From NCBI GenBank assembly GCA_963699755.1, contig CAVOVB010000002.1, positions 320,001-384,000 on the forward strand: a DNA stretch of 64,000 bases, read 5' to 3'. The stretch comes from an uncultured delta proteobacterium. Its GTDB lineage: Bacteria > Myxococcota_A > Polyangia > Polyangiales > Houyiibacteriaceae. How positions within the stretch are numbered: the first letter of the stretch is position 1; each line of letters begins with the position of its first letter. This document shows, piece by piece, positions 58,566 to 64,000 of the stretch. The translations under genes and the position numbers were made by a program. The notes under the pieces were generated by a model, which made no database searches, was not told where the DNA came from, and worked only from the letters and a program-made list of their open reading frames with translations.

Positions 58566-60230
58566 GGGCATAACCAATTCAAACGCCCTCTCCGCACGCT
58601 CCCCAACGCGACATAAGATCTAGTACCGCGAAATTCGGCAGTCATCTTGAGCCCGATGGGCTGAGAGACCGGCAAACAAACGCGGTCTGAGTACTATGTT
58701 TGCATCTCGAAGGGCTGGAAACGACGTGAATACGACCGAGCGGATGCAGTTATCCGGTGGCTCGAGCCTCGAAGGCAAGCGCGGTCAACAAGCCCAGGCG
58801 TCGTCGAGCTCAGGGGGTGCCCGTGCAGGTGCGAGCTCGACGGGGCCTGAGGGAAGACCGAGATGACGGAGGATTCGGTGGATGGCGCTCGAAAGCAGGA
58901 TGGCGGCCACAAACCGGAGGCGACCACCGCACGCAGGACACTCGAGCACGTCGATGTCGAGACCGCGCCGCATGAGCTCAGCCCAGGTGCGATTGTGCGA
59001 AGCGACGACTGTTTTCGGGGTGCTTGCGGATGATGCCTTCTCAACTTGCGGACGGCCGAAGTCCACGACCTCCCCCCGCCACTTGGCGTTCGAAGCGAGC
59101 ACGCCGTGATAGACGATGAGGTTGACGTAGGGGCGCGGAATGAGCGCAGCGAGCTTTTCGAGGAGCTCCAGCGGCTGAAGGGCGATGTGACTCGTGCCAT
59201 CGCGCCACGGTGTTTTGAGCCGCACGAGCACGCTTCCGTCGGGTGCGAGGGACAAGCGTTCTTCGGCGACGGGCGGCCGCAAGAGATATCGGCAAAGGCG
59301 CTCGAGCTTGGGTCGGTTCTTGGCGCGGACGGAGGTGTTCGCGTGAAGGTCGAAACCACCGAGGCGGGCTTGTCGCCGACCTTTCGGAAGAGCGGGCTTC
59401 GCCGTTGGCGCGTCTCCGAGGCGGAGCACCGTTGCACCTGGGCGCTGTCCCATGGCCACCCGTTGACGGACGGACGCCGTATAGAGCGTGTGCAATGGCG
59501 GCACCTGCGATTCATCGAGGCGATCGCCGGCGTCGTCGCACAGCAAGCCCCGTCGCACGAGCAGGCGCAGGATTCGGCCTCGAATGACACCGAGCAGGGT
59601 CTCGACCTCCTCGTCGGTGGGCGCTTTGGCGGCTGCGAAGGAAAGCGAGCCGTCCGGCTCTCGCACGAAGACCCCGTCGACCGCCAGCGCGTGGAAGTGC
59701 ACGTTCAGGTTGAGCGCGCCACCGAAGCGCTGGATGACGGTCACCGTACCGGTGCGGCCATCGCGATGACCCGACGCTCTGGCCCTCTTGCGGTAGAAGC
59801 CCTGCACTGCCCGCATGTAGACCGCGAGCACCGCGCGGCAGAGGCGGTGATCCCAGGCAAGCCGATAGCGAAGCTCGAAGGGAAGGCTCAGGACCCATTG
59901 TCGAAACGGGGCCCGCGGGAGCACGTGGTCGACGAGTTGTGCCGTACGCTCGGTCATCCGACGGCCTCCGCAGCTTGGGCAGAAGCCTCGGCCTTCGCAC
60001 GAGAACGCAACCAACCGATCGGTACCGCAGCCCGTACACCGAAAGCGGGCGAAGCCATGCGCGAGCACGCCGCAGCGAACGAACCGCTGAAACTCGCGCT
60101 TCACGAACAAGGGGGCGCCTCGCTGTTCGTCGTGTCGGTCGAGCTCCCAGAGGAAGGTCTGGAGGTGCTCGCGCACCACACGGTGAAGCACCCCGTGCTC
60201 CGGAGCGCGACGCACGTACGATCGAGAAAT
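58566..60230 (-). mobile_element. ISCR/IS91-like rolling-circle element (oriIS at 58566; no terIS recognised)
   Basis: Transposase followed ~220 bp downstream by GGGCGTTTGAATTGGTTATGCCC, resembling ISCR oriIS ends. Confidence 0.8.
58785..60215 (-). CDS. IS91/ISCR-family HUH transposase
   Basis: Zn-binding CG...GFARFRCTGC...FSCEGRGFCPSCG; QWVLSLP; QRFG...NVHFH (HUH); RYLLRPP (single Tyr). Confidence 0.93.
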   Translation of the reverse strand: MRRAPEHGVLHRVVREHLQTFLWELDRHDEQRGAPLFVKREFQRFVRCGVLAHGFARFRCTGCGTDRLVAFSCEGRGFCPSCGGRRMTERTAQLVDHVLPRAPFRQWVLSLPFELRYRLAWDHRLCRAVLAVYMRAVQGFYRKRARASGHRDGRTGTVTVIQRFGGALNLNVHFHALAVDGVFVREPDGSLSFAAAKAPTDEEVETLLGVIRGRILRLLVRRGLLCDDAGDRLDESQVPPLHTLYTASVRQRVAMGQRPGATVLRLGDAPTAKPALPKGRRQARLGGFDLHANTSVRAKNRPKLERLCRYLLRPPVAEERLSLAPDGSVLVRLKTPWRDGTSHIALQPLELLEKLAALIPRPYVNLIVYHGVLASNAKWRGEVVDFGRPQVEKASSASTPKTVVASHNRTWAELMRRGLDIDVLECPACGGRLRFVAAILLSSAIHRILRHLGLPSGPVELAPARAPPELDDAWAC

Positions 60231-60348
60231 CGCCTCGCTGAGCGACCGATGAGCTTCTCCAACTCTGTGATCGGCTCCTCAATGCGTTCTAGCGGACACG
60301 ATTGGTCATTGGGCACCCTAACCTCTTGAAAGCATTGACTGCACCTTG

Positions 60349-60394
60349 GGTTTCGTAAACCGTAGGTCGTTGGTTCGAATCCAATCGGTGGCTC
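60349..60394 (+). repeat. attR core (46-bp tRNA-Thr fragment)
   Basis: Identical to 38713-38758; the 5' half of the tRNA is absent. Confidence 0.95.
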
Positions 60395-60550
60395 TAGTGA
60401 GGACGGGGGGTAGCCGTCGATGCCCTTGGGCCCATTCGTTGGAGCGATCCGGTGACCCAAGGCCTCCCTCGTCCGCTCGGTCTGTCCAGCGGCGATAGGC
60501 GAGTGCTAGTGTACTGCTGATCCGCTTGGATGAGGCAGAGGAAGGTTCCA

Positions 60551-62926
60551 ATGAGCGACATTTCAGAACGCGTACTTTCGAGAGAAGAAATCGATGGCAT
60601 CGATGCGTACTGGCGGGCCTGCAATTACCTCGCAGCCGGCATGATCTACCTTCAGGCCAACCCGCTCCTGCGCCAGCCGCTGAGACCCGAACACATCAAG
60701 AATCGGTTGCTTGGCCACTGGGGCGCGAGCCCGGGCCTCTCGTTCATGTACGTGCACCTGAATCGGCTGATCCGCGAGCACGATCAGAACGCCATCTTCC
60801 TGGCGGGACCCGGCCATGGTGCGCCCGGCGTGCTCGCGCCCGTGTATCTAGAGGGCACTTACTCAGAGCGCTACCCGGAGAAGAGCGAGGATGAAGAAGG
60901 CATGCGGCGGTTCTTCAAGCAGTTCTCGTTCCCAGGCGGGATTGGAAGCCACTGCACACCGGAGACGCCGGGCTCCATCCACGAGGGCGGCGAGCTCGGC
61001 TACAGCCTCTCTCATGCATTCGGCGCCGCCTTCGATAATCCGGACCTGCTGGTGGCGGTCGCGATTGGCGACGGTGAATCGGAGACCGGGCCGCTGGCCA
61101 CGGCCTGGCACTCGAACAAGTTCCTGAGCCCCGTCACCGATGGAGCGGTGCTGCCGATCCTCCATCTGAACGGCTACAAGATCAACAACCCAACGATCCT
61201 CTCGCGCGTCTCGCACGAAGAGCTCGAGCAGCTCTTCCGCGGCTACGGCTGGACGCCGCACTTCGTGGAAGGCGACGACCCGGCCGACATGCACCCGAAG
61301 ATGGCCGCGACGCTGGAACGCTGTCTCGCCGAAATCCGCGACATCCAGGGCAAGGCGCGGGCAACCGGGAAGGCAAGCCGCGCGCGCTGGCCGATGATCG
61401 TGCTGCGCACGCCGAAAGGCTGGACCGGCCCGGCCGAGGTTGATGGTCATCGGGTCGAGGGATTCTGGCGCGCACACCAGGTGCCGCTCACCGGCGTGCG
61501 GGAGGACCCGAAACGCCTCTCCCAGCTCGAGGGCTGGCTGAAGAGCTATGGGCCCGATGAGCTCTTCGACCAGACCGGGCGCCTCGTGCCCGAGCTCAAG
61601 GCGCTCGCTCCGGTGGGCGACCGCCGGATGAGCGCCAACCCCATCGCGAATGGCGGACTGCTTCGCAAGGCGCTGCGCATGCCGGATTTCCGCGAGTACG
61701 GACTGAAGGTGGAGCGCCCCGCGCAGACCCGCGCGGAGAACACACGACCGCTGGGGCGGCTGTTGCGTGATGTGATGCGCCGCAACGCGGACCGCTTTCG
61801 TGTGTTCGGGCCGGACGAGAACACCTCGAACAAGCTGGACGCGATTTACGAAGTCAGCAAGAAGCTTTGGCTCGCAGACTACCTGCCGGAGGACGAGGAC
61901 GGCGGTCAGCTTTCGCCGGACGGCCGAGTGCTGGAGATGCTCTCGGAGCATACGCTCGAGGGCTGGCTGGAGGGCTATGTGCTCACCGGCCGCCACGGCT
62001 TTTTCTCGACCTACGAGGCCTTCGTCCACGTCATCGACTCGATGTACAACCAGCACGCGAAATGGCTGGCCATCTGCAACGAGATCCCCTGGCGGGCGCC
62101 GATCTCGTCGCTGAATCTACTGATCACCTCGACGGTGTGGCGCCAGGATCACAACGGGTTCACCCATCAGGACCCGGGCTTCTTGGACGTGGTCGTGAAC
62201 AAGAACCCCGAGGTGACTCGTATCTACCTGCCGCCGGACGTGAATACGCTGTTGTCGGTGGCAGACCACTGCCTCCGAAGCATGAACAACATCAACGTCA
62301 TCGTCTCCGACAAACAGCAGCATCAGCAATACATGGATATGGACGAGGCGGTGAATCACTGCACCAAAGGCATCGGCACCTGGGACTGGGCCAGCAACGA
62401 CCAGGGTTCGGAGCCCGATGTGGTCATGGTCGGTTGCGGCGATATCCCGACACAGGAGGCGCTGGCGGCCACGGCGATCCTCCGCGAACATTTCCCGGCG
62501 CTGAAGATCCGCTTCATCAATGTGGTCGATCTGTTCAAGATGCAGCCCGAGGGAGAGCACCCGCACGGCCTTTCCGATCGCGACTTCGACGGCCTGTTTA
62601 CCAAGGATAAGCCCGTGATCTTCAACTTCCACGGTTATCCATGGCTGATCCACCGCCTTGCCTACAGGCGCACGAATCACGCGAATCTGCACGTGCGCGG
62701 CTATAAGGAAAAGGGCAACATCAACACGCCGCTGGAGCTCGCCATGGACAACGAGATCGACCGCTTCAGCCTCGCGATCGACGTCATCAACCGCCTGCCA
62801 GAGCTGCAGGTGGCCGGCGCGCACGTGAAAGACTCGCTGCGCGACCGGCAGATCGAGTGTCGCGCGTACGCTCACCGGCACGGCGTCGACCTACCGGAGG
62901 TCAGCGACTGGTGCTGGCCGTACTGA
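60551..62926 (+). CDS. xfp: Xylulose-5-phosphate/fructose-6-phosphate phosphoketolase
   Basis: [50 protein letters not shown]. Confidence 0.97.
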   Translation: MSDISERVLSREEIDGIDAYWRACNYLAAGMIYLQANPLLRQPLRPEHIKNRLLGHWGASPGLSFMYVHLNRLIREHDQNAIFLAGPGHGAPGVLAPVYLEGTYSERYPEKSEDEEGMRRFFKQFSFPGGIGSHCTPETPGSIHEGGELGYSLSHAFGAAFDNPDLLVAVAIGDGESETGPLATAWHSNKFLSPVTDGAVLPILHLNGYKINNPTILSRVSHEELEQLFRGYGWTPHFVEGDDPADMHPKMAATLERCLAEIRDIQGKARATGKASRARWPMIVLRTPKGWTGPAEVDGHRVEGFWRAHQVPLTGVREDPKRLSQLEGWLKSYGPDELFDQTGRLVPELKALAPVGDRRMSANPIANGGLLRKALRMPDFREYGLKVERPAQTRAENTRPLGRLLRDVMRRNADRFRVFGPDENTSNKLDAIYEVSKKLWLADYLPEDEDGGQLSPDGRVLEMLSEHTLEGWLEGYVLTGRHGFFSTYEAFVHVIDSMYNQHAKWLAICNEIPWRAPISSLNLLITSTVWRQDHNGFTHQDPGFLDVVVNKNPEVTRIYLPPDVNTLLSVADHCLRSMNNINVIVSDKQQHQQYMDMDEAVNHCTKGIGTWDWASNDQGSEPDVVMVGCGDIPTQEALAATAILREHFPALKIRFINVVDLFKMQPEGEHPHGLSDRDFDGLFTKDKPVIFNFHGYPWLIHRLAYRRTNHANLHVRGYKEKGNINTPLELAMDNEIDRFSLAIDVINRLPELQVAGAHVKDSLRDRQIECRAYAHRHGVDLPEVSDWCWPY

Positions 62927-63056
62927 CGCCCGCCGTCTTCGAGCCTGCTTGGCACAACACTGCGCGCGGCATCATATTTGTCTGGCCACGGCGCTCCCCT
63001 CAGCCGAGCAGTGCGCCGCCACTGAACTACTGGCCAAGAGAGCACCGACACACTCG

Positions 63057-63557
63057 ATGACTGAAATCCTTCACTACGAATGCTCGGATTCCCTCGCGAT
63101 GCTCGCCGAGCTGAATCGGGGGCTCGATCGGGCGGACCAAGACGCAGCGGTAGTCGTGATCACGGGACGCGATGGCATGTTTAGCGGTGGTTTCGATCTC
63201 GGGACCTTCAAACCAGGGGGCCAGCCGCTCTATCAGATGCTCCGTGGCGGAGCAGCGCTGGTGGGTCGCATCGCTTCGTTCCCGGGGCCGGCTTTCTCGC
63301 TCGCATCGTGCCCGCGGCCGACCTGGCCAACGGGGCCCGCGAGCGCGGCGCGGCGCCTCTCTACGCTCGACGCCCGCGCGCGCACTGCGACAAAGATGCT
63401 GGTTCGGGAACCGGCCCTCGAAGCCATCCGAGCGGGAACTGCCAGCGAGCTGGGTTCGTACGAAGTCTTTGTCGAAACGATCGGCAAGGGCATGAAGACG
63501 GGCAGCCGAGCGTCCGTTTGGGGCCGCGCGGGAGTACGTGGTGGAGGCTTCTGCTGA
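63057..63557 (+). pseudogene. Enoyl-CoA hydratase remnant with internal deletions
   Basis: MLAELNRGLDRA...VITGRDGMFSGGFDL...SFPGP, then the central catalytic region is missing. Confidence 0.7.
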
Positions 63558-63627
63558 ACCGTCGGTATCGACAGGTCGGGCCTGAACGAGTACGGTCCAG
63601 CCTCGATTTGCGCCCGGAGACTCGACA

Positions 63628-64000
63628 ATGACCAACGAATTTCTCTTTGATATGCCGCTCCTGCCCCATCTCACGATCAATGGCCTGAAACGCTACGACG
63701 AGCGGCCGTTCATGTTTCTCGGAGACGACGTCATCACGTACAAAGAGGTTCGGGAGAAGACGAGTCGGTTCGCGCAAGCCTTGGAGTCGAAAGGCGTTCA
63801 CAAAGGCTCGCGAGTTGCCCTGATCTCCGCCAACCGCGCCGAAGTTCTGTATCAGCTCTTCGCGAACATGACGGTCGGAGTCGTTTACACCCCGCTCCAT
63901 CCGATGGGGTCCCTCGACGATCACGCCTATGTCCTCGAAGACGCGGGTGTCGATACTTTGGTGTTTGATCCTGCACTGTTTCAACAACGCGCCGCGCAAC
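63628..64000 (+). CDS. AMP-binding acyl-CoA synthetase (FadD8-like), partial
   Basis: GGAG RBS; MTNEFLF...SRFAQAL...NRAEVL...TPLHPMGSLDDHAYVLEDA; runs off the window end. Confidence 0.85.
   Translation, partial: MTNEFLFDMPLLPHLTINGLKRYDERPFMFLGDDVITYKEVREKTSRFAQALESKGVHKGSRVALISANRAEVLYQLFANMTVGVVYTPLHPMGSLDDHAYVLEDAGVDTLVFDPALFQQRAAQ

Noticed and set aside
60349..60394. Second tRNA-Thr gene
   Set aside because: It lacks the 5' acceptor strand and D-arm; it is the attR fragment.
60401..60474. yybP-ykoY riboswitch (GGGGGGTAGCC)
   Set aside because: Only partial similarity to GGGGAGTAGC; the other conserved elements are not visible and the downstream gene is not a metal transporter.
62950..62965. 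sigma54 promoter TGGCACAACACTGC
   Set aside because: GG-to-GC spacing is 9 nt rather than the required 10.

Overview
GC-rich bacterial DNA whose gene content points to a myxobacterium (Myxococcota; inferred from Cys/Gly-rich lipoproteins, an OmpA with TSP3 repeats, and kinase/PP2C/FHA genes). 1-4.1 kb: an ECF sigma/anti-sigma operon flanked by several broken genes. 4.1-38.7 kb: intact core-like genes (MATE, SDR, MBOAT plus two SGNH proteins, purU, hemH, NhaC, ALDH, desaturase, two-component pair, SprT-like protease, giant Ser/Thr kinase, OmpA, POT transporter, phosphohexomutase, FHA/PP2C). tRNA-Thr(CGT) at 38685 anchors a 21.7-kb island bounded by a perfect 46-bp direct repeat (38713-38758 / 60349-60394). 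The island's tyrosine integrase reads through the att core, so excision would swap its C-terminus (5 aa to 82 aa), and symmetric inverted 11-bp candidate arm sites flank the reconstructed attP. Inside the island: an IS3 remnant, an ISCR/IS91-like transposase with its oriIS plus a second orphan oriIS, two tRNA-fMet-like fragments in permuted order bracketing a 5.3-kb block, three lipoprotein genes sharing a sigma54 promoter module, two TetR modules and many gene fragments. xfp and fatty-acid genes follow attR. An unannotated 26-aa Trp-rich ORF with its own promoter, RBS and hairpin lies at 23026. All family calls come from motif recognition by eye; no database search was run.
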